DNA of 56,650 bases, the filler included, from Jimgerdemannia flammicorona (Eukaryota): the NCBI GenBank assembly GCA_003990765.1. It is 3 parts of 3 records of this genome, joined end to end, with 100 filler letters (N's around TTAATTAATTAA, not from the genome) between each part and the next. Parts side by side here need not be neighbours in the genome. Positions count along the whole stretch, not along the records: positions 1 to 18,821 come from RBNJ01002104.1; positions 18,922 to 37,737 come from RBNJ01002105.1; 1 more part is not named here. One strand, given 5' to 3'. A program made the position numbers and the translations under genes. Below the pieces are notes generated by a model. It made no database searches. It saw only the letters and a list, made by a program, of their open reading frames with translations, and was not told the DNA's origin. This document shows positions 11,785 through 22,904 of this stretch, piece after piece; within the stretch, counting starts at the first letter, position 1, and each line of letters starts with the position of its first letter.

Positions 11785-12992
11785 CTCCTTTCTCTGCTAC
11801 CTTACTGATCACAAGGTTTGGTAGGTGACCTTCCAAGTCCCCTTTCCCCTATTATTACCCCCTCTACCTCAGGTTGGTTTGCTGTGCCTGCATGGGCATG
11901 GTGGGAGGAGGGCAATGGTGATGAGTTACCCCTTTATTGGTGTTGGATCGGTGTCTTCTCTACTTTTTTGTAGTTTCTGGTATCTTCAGCTGTATCTGGA
12001 GTGCATCTGTTTTGGTGTGGCACCTTCTTCCTTTTGCCATCGCCAATAAGGTGCTGTCTTGGTGTGTCTCAGGCTACATAGGAAGTCGGCTGACCTTGGG
12101 CATCAAGTGCTCAGTATAGGTTACCTGCAGGTCCTCAGTGTCTATAGTAGGGCCCTCTGGCTTTGGCAAGCTTCCTGGTGAGCGTGGTTCTGGCATAGGT
12201 GACTGTTTTTCAGGTGATATTGGGATGGGAGAGAGGGGAGATGGCCATCACAGATAGGAGGAAGGGTGATTATGGTAAACCAGTAGGGTGCCAGGCTGGG
12301 GGCAGTCATCAGGGCTGGGGTAGACAATATTTTGGTAGGGCCTTTCAATTGGCTGGTGGGGAGTGGAGTGGTGCAGGGGCCAGCATCCTGGCTGTACTCA
12401 ACTGGAACCGGGAGCTGATGTGGCAATGCGATTGAGGCCCGCAGGCTTGGGGAGTGGGACCTTTCTCATTTAGCAGTACCCGACTAGAACTGGAAGCTGA
12501 CATGGTAATGTGATTGAGGCCTGCAGGCTTGGGGAGTGGGAGTGGGGTCTCTTTAGGCCCTAGCCCATGTGTAAGTCCTTTGAGGAAGGTGCTGCATGTA
12601 AGTCCTTTATTCACCCACTTTGAATCTACTTTGCTATCTATTGGTTGGTTGGGGGGTTTTTTCTTTGCCTCAGGCTTTCTTTTGGGGTTTGGGGGACTAT
12701 TCTTTATTCAGTCCCAGCACTGCTAGATCTGACACGTAGGTGTGCTCTTGCATGTAAATGATGATCCAGTCCTGGTGAGCAGACAAGTCTAGTCTATATT
12801 GTGGGGGTCAACATAGCCAGTATTTGACAGGTATAGCTGGAGTGGTGGGACTGCTGGATAATTTAGTAACCTAGGTTAATAGGGGGATATTGTTCGGTGG
12901 GTAGTGGGGGAGGATTTTGGCCTATATAGTCTAGGTTCTCTTTCAATAAAAATCTGCAGGACTATGAGTCTATTAAAAAAAAAAAAAAGAAA
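11785..12992 (+). mobile_element. ~1.2-kb non-coding poly(A) retroposon, copy 1 (subtype I)
   Basis: Starts CTCCTTTCTCTGCTACCTTACT and ends AATAAAAATCTGCAGGACTATGAGTCTATT(A)n; homologous to four other copies in the window. Confidence 0.9.
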
Positions 12993-15943
12993 GCTCAAGT
13001 ACTCTAAGAAATCCTGAGCAGTAATGATGTTGACAAGTATCCTGGTATCATTAATATCAACTGAAAGATAATGCTATCTACTACAAGAACAGATTGTATG
13101 TTCCAAACAATCAAGATCTCTGAAGGATTATCCTATTCAAATATCATGATACCCCTACAGCCAAATATCTAGAATTTGATAAATATTATGAAGTTATTTT
13201 CTGAAACTTCTATTAACCTCACATAGCAGACCAGCTAAAGACCTACATTACTTCTTGTAATGCCTGCCAATACAACAAGTCCTCAATACTAGCAAAACCT
13301 GGCCTACTCTACCCTATCCCAGTACCATTTACTAATTGGAGACAAATCTCAATGGACTTCATTATACAACTACTCCAAACCAAGAACAGAAAGATGCAAT
13401 TATTGTCTTCATGGACTACCTTAGCAAATAAGCCCACTTTTTATCAACTACTACTACCATAATAGCACCAGACATTGCTACACTCTTATATGACAACATC
13501 TTCTGCTATCATAGTCTTCCTAAGATTATTATTAGTGATCAAGACCTGGAATTTATCAGCCATTTTTGAAAAGCCCTCCATGCATACCTTGGAATAAAAC
13601 TTGCACTATCTACAGCCTTCCACCTCAAAACTGATGGTCAAACTGAAAGAATGAACTAAACTCTGGAATAAATACTAAGAAACTATGTTTCTTACAGACA
13701 AGATGATTGGCATGAACACCTCACTACAGTTGAGTTTACCTATAACAATAGTAAGCAAGCCTCTCTTGAAATGACCCCATTCTTCACCAATACTAAACAA
13801 AATCCAAATACTCCTCTGATACTTATCCAAACCACTGATGAACTCTCCACTGTTGAAGCTGTTGAAGAATTCCTGCTCTGAATGTGCAATTTAAGCTAGA
13901 TTGCAATCAAGAATTTATCCTGAGCTTAAGAACAATAATCATAATATATCAACTAGCACTGATGAGAAGAAACTTTTGATATTGGAGAAAAGGTCCTACT
14001 AGATATTTGAGGATACTAAGTTGATAACCTCAAGCACAGACTATCTACAAAGTGAAACAGCAAATTTATTAGACCATTTGAAGTCATTGCATAAGTCTTG
14101 CCTACTTTCTACAAATTGGTACTATCAAATACTATTAAGATTTACTCAGTCTTCAATGTCCAGTGTCTCAAATGATACAATGAAAATAATGATGAGCTAT
14201 TCCCAAACTGAACCACAGAACCACCTATATCTGTCATTATTAATGACCAAGAAGAATACAAAGTTGAACAAATTCTCAACAAATGTAGCCACAAGAACCA
14301 TCCAGAGTACCTTGTCAAATGGAAAAGTTATCTGATCTATGATATAATATGGAAACCTAAGACTAATCTCCAGAATGCTACTGACTTAGTTTAGGAATAT
14401 GATTCCTTAAACAACTGAAATCCAAACACTCCTACACCTATCAGTATATATTATATATTACTCTTCAGAACATCATAATCATCATGAACAAAATCAAGAA
14501 CTCAGCAAGTCAAGACAAAATGAATACTGACCCTCTAGAAAAATAGCAAAACTAAAAGCCAGCCTATTCTCCCTGTACCACTGGTGGGAAACAAGATATT
14601 TAAAAAGATTTCTTAGAGAAAATTCTCCAGTAGTAAATAATATCAGAATCACTTCTGGTGCATAGTATTAAACATACAACCCTTTAATATACAAATTCAA
14701 CACATTAGGTAACTGTACTATAAGTATACCACTTTCTGAAAAAATTAGACATTACTGGACTTTTGATCATCCAAATAGTGTAACAATACTAGACCCAAAC
14801 TAGAAGGCCTCTGATAAGGATGTCAAAAGCTAAGAAGGGGAGAGTTATAAGCATACAACTCCTAAGCCACCAAAATCATATGTCATCCTCAGAACTAATT
14901 TGAAAACCACATGTGAAGACTACAAAACAAGTTACTAAAGAAGATTACCCAGTTACACAAAATATACCAGTAAGCATGAGAACCTACTGTCAAGATACAA
15001 GAATACCAGAAGAAGTACTACAACTATAAGACCAATTCTAAATCTCTACAACTAGTTTTGGTATACTGTACTATTATAAAAGAAAACTGAAGTACCAAAC
15101 TCAAACTGAGATGAGAAGAACCCTATCTCATCTATCAGAGATTCATAAACTATACTTATCAACTCAGGGCCAAGATATATTATAACTATATAAGACTCAT
15201 CACTTAGTAGAAGCAAAATACATTTGAATAACCCCATTTACTCTATCTATATTACCTTCATTAGAGAATAACAGATACTTCATCTAAACTCAAGAAAGCT
15301 GACATTGTCAAAACCAATCTCAAGTCTATCCATGTGATAGATATTACTACTAGAAATTATCTCAGATTATAGAAAATATCATTTCTAAGAGGTTTGAATC
15401 CCCAGTATGACATTGAGAGTCCTTGCCCTAGACAAGAATGGCCAGTCCTTGCAAATGTGCCAGCAGTCCAAAAAAAAAAGAGAACTAAGATCTGTTATCC
15501 TTATACAACTGCTACTATCAAGGACAGTCTTAATTTTGCAAGAGATAGAGGTAACAATACCTTAAAACTAATGATATTAAAAGTCAGAAACCGCTCAGAC
15601 TTTACCAGAGATGATATCATTAATAGTAATATCATTAAAGACTACCCAGACAGTATCTAAATCTATAAATAGCCTAACAGTCATTAGTATAGTTAGATTA
15701 GCCTCATGTAATATAACTGTGAACTGACTTAGCAGCCAGATAATCTCTTGACATATCAGATCATACTTGTACTATGTAACTATATTCTGACTCAGTAAGG
15801 TACTAAGTACTATATCTATATTCAGTATAGTCTAGATAGCCCCTCACTAGTATAAATACCCCCTCCCTCAAATCTCAGAATCTCAGACTTAAAGACTTGA
15901 ACAGACTTGAATACAACTTCTGAGCACTTCTTTACAATATCTC
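12993..15943 (+). mobile_element. 3' part of a chromodomain Ty3/Gypsy element (family B): integrase, chromodomain, PPT, 3' LTR
   Basis: YITSCNACQYNK, ISMDFI, IISDQD, AFHLKTDGQTER; chromodomain EEYKVEQILNK...EYLVKWKSY at ~14250-14380; PPT AAGAAGGGGAGAG 14832-14844; LTR from 14846, cut by a LINE at 15944. Confidence 0.92.
14846..15943 (+). repeat. 3' LTR of element B (truncated) with an ORF remnant in U3
   Basis: First ~60 bp match 3690-3750 and 15606-15905 match 4993-5290; the middle is unrelated; TATAAATA at 15851. Confidence 0.85.
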
Positions 15944-18821
15944 TTTTTTTTTTTTTTTTTTTTTTTTATAGTTACTTGGACTCTGCCATTTATTACCAGT
16001 CTATTAATAAGTTTACAGTATCTCCTCTTACTACTCAATCCCTATAGGGGAGCCTCTCTCTGTATCATCATAAATAAAGACTATCTTCTCACCTGCTACT
16101 CCTATCCTCCCTCCACTCTGCCTACAGATCTTCTCCACTAAGTGATGCCTTCAATCACCCTATAACCCCAACCAAGCCACCAGCCTGTCAAGGTATCTTC
16201 CATAAGACTATGCTAGTGCAACAACTGGTCCCCCAAGCCAAGCCTCCTCCCATCTTTAAAAATAAATAGCCAGTGACTGGCCAGCCTCACCCAAATTGCC
16301 AAAACCCAGCCTAAGGTAAGCCACTCCTTTCTCACCCCCCCCCCACCAGTCTATCCCTCAAATCCTCCCACTGACCCCATGTGCCATTTCCCCTATATTA
16401 CTCCCAAACAATCCCCAATAGCCCACTAAAAGTCACTAAGTACCTCACACTCTCCTAGCCAATATTCAGGTATCTGTATATATCCCTCTTCCTGCCCTAC
16501 ATTGTAACACTCCTCACAGTCAAAGTAACCCCCTTTGATAAGGTAACCCAAGTAGAAGTTAAGCATTACATTCCTCCTCAGTATGCACCACCAGACCACC
16601 CAGTACTTTGATAGTATCCACTTCCTCACCTCTGCACTCCAGGCCCATATACTATATCAGTTCCACTCTTCTCTGATACCCACTCTCTGCTATCTGCTAG
16701 ATCACAGATTCTGGCCTTGTCTCCTTTGGTAATCTATCTCATTACTAATGTCAAACTCAATTTAGAAAATGCCTCTCAGCAACACTTGGTCCCATCTCCA
16801 CATCACCAGGTCCCAAGCCACCTCTCCTTCATTATCCTGTCAATAAATTCCAATGCAGTGCACCCCCTCTACTACTCTCTACCAGAAGCCTTTGTATCAC
16901 AATTGTGCAGTATTCTGAAGCCCAACTAATGATAAGAGATCACCTGTCAAGTCTCTTAGTGAGGATCTTATCTCCCAGACTTTCTGCAATAGGGAGACCC
17001 AACTGCCCCCTCTCAATTCTACCACTCTCTTTAACCACTATACTCTCAAGTAGTGTAGTCTCTTCAGAAAGTCAACCAGCCTAAGCCCTCCTCTTGCCAC
17101 CAGTAAGAATAAGACCTTCCAACTTATCTGACTCCTTCTTCCAGCCCAGATCCACCCCTTGGCCAGCTTCATCAATCACTTCACTACCCAGGCTGGGAAG
17201 TCCATATGATAAGCCAGATACCACAACTTTGGCAGCCAATAGATGTTCAAAATCAAGACATGCCCTGCTAGAGATAAGTAGCAACCCCCCCCAGCTCCAC
17301 AGGGCCTCCCCCCAGATTCCAACCCTCTGCTCCCACCAAAGTCTAGATAGTACTGACCCATATACTGACAAATAAATATCCAAGTACTACACTATCTTAC
17401 CAGTAGGGATAATTGTTCCAATAACATCCCCTCCCACCAGACCATTACCCAACACCATTGTTTCACACTTATGCTAATTGAGTTTAGCCCCAGAGTTCTC
17501 CTCATACCACTCCACCATCTCCTTGAGCTCCTTAATATCTGCAATAGACCCTAGGCCAACCATTATGTTATCTGCAAAGGCCCCAACTTTTCACCCAATT
17601 CCAAAAACAGAGAGCCCTACTATCTTCTGCCTAATTCTATCTATTAGGGACTCCAGGGAAAGAATATATAGAATGGGAGATAGTGGGTTCCCCTGGGGCA
17701 CACCCTTATCTAGGAGAAATGATACCCCTCTATGTTCATTATATATGAGTGCAGCCCTACTCTCTTCCAGTAGACTGATTATTGCTGATCTGAACTGATG
17801 GGGTACTCCAGTCCTATCCAATACTTTTACCAGCCAGACTTACTGCATCTGGTCATAAGCCTTCTTCTGGTCTAAGAAGACCAGTTTCCCATCCAGTCCA
17901 CAAGCTCATACCCCTTCAATAACTCTATATACCTAGGCTGTGCTATCTCTAATGAGCTGGCCTCCTACAAAGCCTCTCTGCTCAATATCCAAGACTTGCT
18001 GGGCCACCTTCTGTAGCCTCATGACCACCACCTTAGTTACCAACTTTCTGTTCATGTCTAGTAGCATAATTAGCTGCCAGTTCTTCTAGTCCTCTCTCCT
18101 TCCTTTGTTCTTGTAAAGCAATATCACTAGCTCCAGATCCTGCACCCCCACCCATCTCTCTGTCTGTAATATAAAGTTATACAATATTATCATCTTACTC
18201 AGTACTCCTGGAACTCCCACCATCTTCTTCCAGAAGTCCCAGAGCAGACCATCCTCTCCAGGTACCATGCCCAGGGTTGTCACAGTAAGAACCTGGTGGA
18301 TCTCTTCCTCTTGTACTGACAACACTAAGTCACCCAGCCCATCTACTCATGGAGAGTGCCAATCTTCCAATGCCCAGTCAATGGCAGCAGCATCTGCCCC
18401 ACCCTCCTCCTCACTCCACAATCCACTCCATCACTCTTTTAATGAACCAAGAATGTCTTGTATACTATATACTAGTATACCATCAGAGTCAAGCACCCCT
18501 TCCCACCTTTACTGTACCCTTCTCACCTGAAGGACCCTTATGAGATACTTAGAGGGCCTCTCCCCTTCCTCCAAACCCTGTCAATGAAGCCATGCTGCCA
18601 AGCTCTATACCTTTGCCTCCTCCTCATCCTACAGTACCTGTTGTAATTCTCCAACCTCCATTTTCACCCTCATTAATCTCCAATCCTCTCTCCCCTCTAC
18701 CATCACTAGCTCTACCCAATTCTCCAAGAGTCTAGTCAGTCTAACAGAAGCCCATCTCACCTATCACCTTCTCTGCTTCCCAGCCTCCCTACTAGCCTCA
18801 CTTCAGTAGCTCCCTTTTTTT
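15944..18821 (-). mobile_element. L1/Tx1-type LINE, 3' half with poly(A) tail, running to the contig end
   Basis: Poly(T) 15944-15967; minus-strand VPGEDGLLWDFWKK, KGVPQGNPLSPILY, FDCEECYNVG...PEYWLGEC. Confidence 0.93.
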
Positions 18822-18921
18822 NNNNNNNNNNNNNNNNNNNNNNNNNNNNNNNNNNNNNNNNNNNNTTAATTAATTAANNNNNNNNNNNNNNNNNNNNNNN
18901 NNNNNNNNNNNNNNNNNNNNN
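18822..18921. other. Artificial contig-joining spacer
   Basis: 44 N + TTAATTAATTAA (stops in all six frames) + 44 N. Confidence 0.98.
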
Positions 18922-20195
18922 TTTTTTATAATAGAATTAAGTCTTTACAAATTTTAATTAAAGGGAATCTAGACTATATAGGTCAAACCCCTCTCCCACC
19001 CCCCTCTCTCTAAGTACTATTCTTTTATTAATCTAGGCTACTAAATTATTCAGCAGTCCTACTATTCTAGCTATGTATGATAAATATATATACTATCTCT
19101 CACTATATAGATCAGACTTATTTACTCACTGAGACTAGATAATCATACTAATAATGCAAGAGTATACCTATATATCAAATCTAGCTACACTGAGACTGAG
19201 TAATAAATAGTCTTCTGAATTGGAAATAAAATTCTAAAAAAGGAGAAAACCCCCCAATCAATTAACAAAAAGCAGAGAGAATTCAAAATAGGTGAATAAA
19301 GAACTAAAATACAAAACTCTCTCCAAAGGACTAATATATAGGCTAAGGCCTGAAAAGACTCCAATTCTACTCTCTGAGTCTATAGGCCATAATTTTATTA
19401 CTATATCAGCTTCTAGTTCCAGTCAGGTACTATTTAATAAAAAAGATCTCAATCTCTAAGCCTATAGGTCTCAATCATATTACGATATCAGCTTCTAGTT
19501 CCAGTCAGGTACTATTTAATAAAAAAGATCTCAATCTCTAAGCCTATAGGTCTCAATCATATTACTATATCAGCTCTTAGTTCTAGTTAGATATAGCTAA
19601 GATACTAGTCTCTATACTACTCTACCTTCAGTCAGCCAATTAGAAGACTTTATCAAGATAGTATCTATAATTCTCTAATAGCTATCACTAGTCTAGTATC
19701 TGACTAGTCTACTATAATCACTCTTCCACCAATCTGTAATAGCCATTGTCTCTCTTATCTCAATACTACCTCAAAAACAGTCACCTATATCAGAACTATA
19801 CTTATCAGGAAGCTTGCCAAAGCTCAGAAGGTCCTACCACAAATACTGACAATCTCTAGATAACTATACCAATACTTAAAACTCAAGATTAGCTGACTCT
19901 CTATATAGCCTAAGAGATACTGAGATAATATATAGTTGATGATAGTAAAATAAAGAAGGCATTACACTATAATAAATATATCCTAGATATAGTCAGAAGT
20001 ATCAAAAACTATAAAAAAGTGAGAAAGTACTAATTTAATATTATTAAAGAAATAACTCACTACCATTGTCTTCCTTCCTCTACCCTTTAATAGATACAGC
20101 AAACTATACTAGGGTAGAGGGGATAAGGTTAGAGAAAAAGATATTCAGACAATTATCTGCTGATATCTTGTAACTAGTATAGTAGTAGAGAAAGA
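18922..20195 (-). mobile_element. ~1.2-kb non-coding retroposon, copy 2 (subtype I, three internal repeat units)
   Basis: Reverse complement colinear with 11785-12992; ~82-bp unit present three times at ~19370-19595. Confidence 0.88.
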
Positions 20196-20358
20196 AACAG
20201 TTGAGATATTTCTTAGCTATCTTACTATAGATGATCATATTATCTATATAGACCATCATTCATTTTTCTATATCTTCTCAGAAGATCTTATTTATCATTC
20301 TCTAGAGTATTGGACATTCTGAATAATATTCTTAGATAGATATAGATTCTGTCTGGAG

Positions 20359-20470
20359 TAGTGCTCTAAATGAGTCAATTCAAATCCCCCCCTAGGGGGA
20401 TTGGATAGGGGGTGAGTTCACTGTACTTATATGGGATAGATGGGTGTAATAAAGGAAGAGTCCAAGTGAC

Positions 20471-20511
<41 letters not shown>

Positions 20512-20981
20512 AGTCAATTCAAATCTATTTAATTTTAAGTAGCTTATAGGTGATACAATTTCAATATATTAATATTATTGTTTTAATTTCCAAATTAGAT
20601 AATAAAATATTATTATCAATAACTTGATAAAATATTTGAATGATCATAGTATCATTTTAAAGCCCTTAAAGAGACCTTTCTAGTAATATCAAGAATACTG
20701 AAATCAGATAATATATTACCAAGTTATTAATGAAAACAATCTTATGAAGAAATTTCCAAAATTGATAAGTCAAATGTTTTTCTTAATAACTCAGTAATAC
20801 ATCATCCCATTTTAATATTCTTGGTATCATTAGGAAGACCATACTAAGGGCTTTCAAATTATATCATGATTATCAAAATTTCATCAAGTTATTGATATAA
20901 ATATTTAATTATCTAATTTGGAAATAAAAATAATAATATTGATACTTTGAATTGATTTAAATCAACTCATTCAGAGCTCTA
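20359..20981. mobile_element. Fold-back MITE (hAT-like)
   Basis: TIRs TAGTGCTCTAAATGAGT / ACTCATTCAGAGCTCTA; 8-bp TSD GTCTGGAG / GTCTAGGG; interior is a long imperfect palindrome centred at ~20755. Confidence 0.85.
20387..20509 (+). mobile_element. Extremely 5'-truncated LINE (about 87 nt plus poly(A))
   Basis: Matches the LINE 3' end at 37838-37925; TSD (AAA)TGAGTCAATTCAAATC at 20368-20386 and 20507-20525. Confidence 0.92.
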
Positions 20982-22250
20982 GTCTAGGGTAATGAAGGCT
21001 GACTTTTCACTGGCTTCCTTGGTAAGGCTGATTTGATTAAATACTAAGTATAAATCTAAGATAGTATAGTATTATACTTTATCTCCTAGTGTTACCAGGA
21101 TGTTACTGATGAGGAGCAGTGGTTGATAATTCTTTTTAGTAACTTTGTTGAGTTTTCTATAGTCTGTACAGAGTCTTGGGGCAAATTCTTCTAGCTTGTT
21201 TCCTTTCTTTGGGACTAGTATAATTGGTATAAATCTAAAAACTAATAACTTTTTTGATAATACCAGCTTCTTTTATCTAATTTATTTTTTTTCTGAGCCA
21301 TTCATAATATGCTGGTGGAATTAGTCTTGCCCTTTGGTAGATTGGCTCAGTATCTCCTATATCTATAACATAATAGTAGTGTGGTGTCTTTTATTTAATA
21401 TTCTTAAAATCAGTAGTAAGGATATCTCCAAATTTATATAGTAGCTTCTTGAGTTTCTTTTTAAATAGAAATTCATTTCTAAAAGTATAGCTATATATGC
21501 TTATCTGTAATTTCCTTCTTTTTGTAGTCTAATTTAGTAATATTAGTACTGTTAAAAACTCGTTTTTCTATAGATCCAAATCCTCTCCTTTCTCTTCTAT
21601 TTTCTAGCTTCTTGATATTCCAAATCTTAGATTGCAGTATCTGAAAGATCAGTATTTATATGAGTTAGTCTTTCTTTTGTGACTATAAATAGGATTGAAA
21701 AGTTATAGTTTCTACCATTAAGCAAGATTTCTCTAATATAATCAGAATTAATAACTCCTCTTTCAATCAAAATTTCACTCTTTGCTAGACTGCTGCTTGT
21801 CTCAAATATTCCATTATAATTCTTGAAAATAGTTATTACTAGACTAGTTATAAGTAGGATTATTGTCTGATGTTTAAGAACTGTCTTCTCAATTGTTATA
21901 ATATCTATTTCAGCCACATTTTCTGACTTATATTCTGGCAGAACTGCATTAGAGTAAATCCTCTAAATATTGATCTTGATTTCTTCTTCATCATCACTAT
22001 TCTCTAGAAAAGCTGATGGTTCATCTAGTTAGTCTTCTATTTCTTACCAATTCTGTCTTCTTTTCTTCTTTTTATAATGAATCTTATGGATCTTAGCAAT
22101 ATATTGATAGCACTTATCTATATGCGTCATATGGTATATTTGAATTTTATGAGGACATACTTCTTATGGGACATATTCTTCATCAATCTTCTTTCATCAG
22201 TCTTCTTTCCTGATCTATCTGACCCTGAGTAGTTACCATATAGGCTTCTT

Positions 22251-22904
22251 AATTTTTTTTTTTTTTTTTTTATAGTCCCTTGGACTGCCTTTTATTACTG
22301 ATGTCTATAATTCTAACAATACAATGTCCCCTCCACCCTCAACCAATGCCCCGTAGATCCAACCCTCCCCCCTCGACCTCTCCCTGCCTGAGCACTACCC
22401 AGTTACCCACTACCTGAATCCTCCCACCACTCTTCCAGGAGATACACTGCACCAAACCCCTGCGGTACCCCCCACCCAGCCCCCAACCTTGCCACCAGCT
22501 ATTCAAAATGTCCAATAGCAATTATTCCCAATGTGCTACCTTGTCCCCAACCCCAACCCACCACCCCTCCTCAAAGACATGAACCCAATGTCCAGCTAAC
22601 TCAACATATATGGCCAAAGCCCAACCAAGGGTCAGCCATTCATCCCCAACCCCACCCACCAGTCACCAGTGGAGGTCTCCCCATCTCCCCCCTTTCTCTC
22701 CCTCTGAGGCACCCAGCCCTAACTGGTCCATAATATATCTCCAAAACTCCTCCAAAACTTCGCACTCACCAAACCAATGTTCAGGTGTTTGTACCATGCC
22801 TCCCTCCTGACCAATGCCAAAACAATCCTTGCACTCGAACACTCCACTGGCTACCAAGTGCCCAGACTGATAGTTCAACATCACATTCTGCTGTAGGACA
22901 TACC
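22251..22904 (-). mobile_element. 5'-truncated LINE
   Basis: Poly(T) tail; FECKDCFGIG...PEHWFGEC; 16-bp TSD ACCATATAGGCTTCTT (22235-22250, 22905-22920). Confidence 0.93.

Noticed and set aside
12411..12445. CTGATG as a hammerhead ribozyme core
   Set aside because: No CUGANGA plus GAAA arrangement; other copies read CTGACA/CTGATA, consistent with CpG decay
11825..12726. Short ORFs inside the 1.2-kb element
   Set aside because: Frames are not shared among the five copies, which differ by indels and module swaps
18822..18921. TTAATTAATTAA palindrome inside N runs (also 37738-37837)
   Set aside because: Identical 100-bp six-frame-stop linkers; the contig sizes fall in order (18821, 18816, 18813), indicating size-sorted concatenation. 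Adjacency across the spacers has no biological meaning.
19370..19595. Regular repeats that could suggest a CRISPR array
   Set aside because: Tandem ~82-bp units without unique spacers, inside a eukaryotic retroposon; no cas genes
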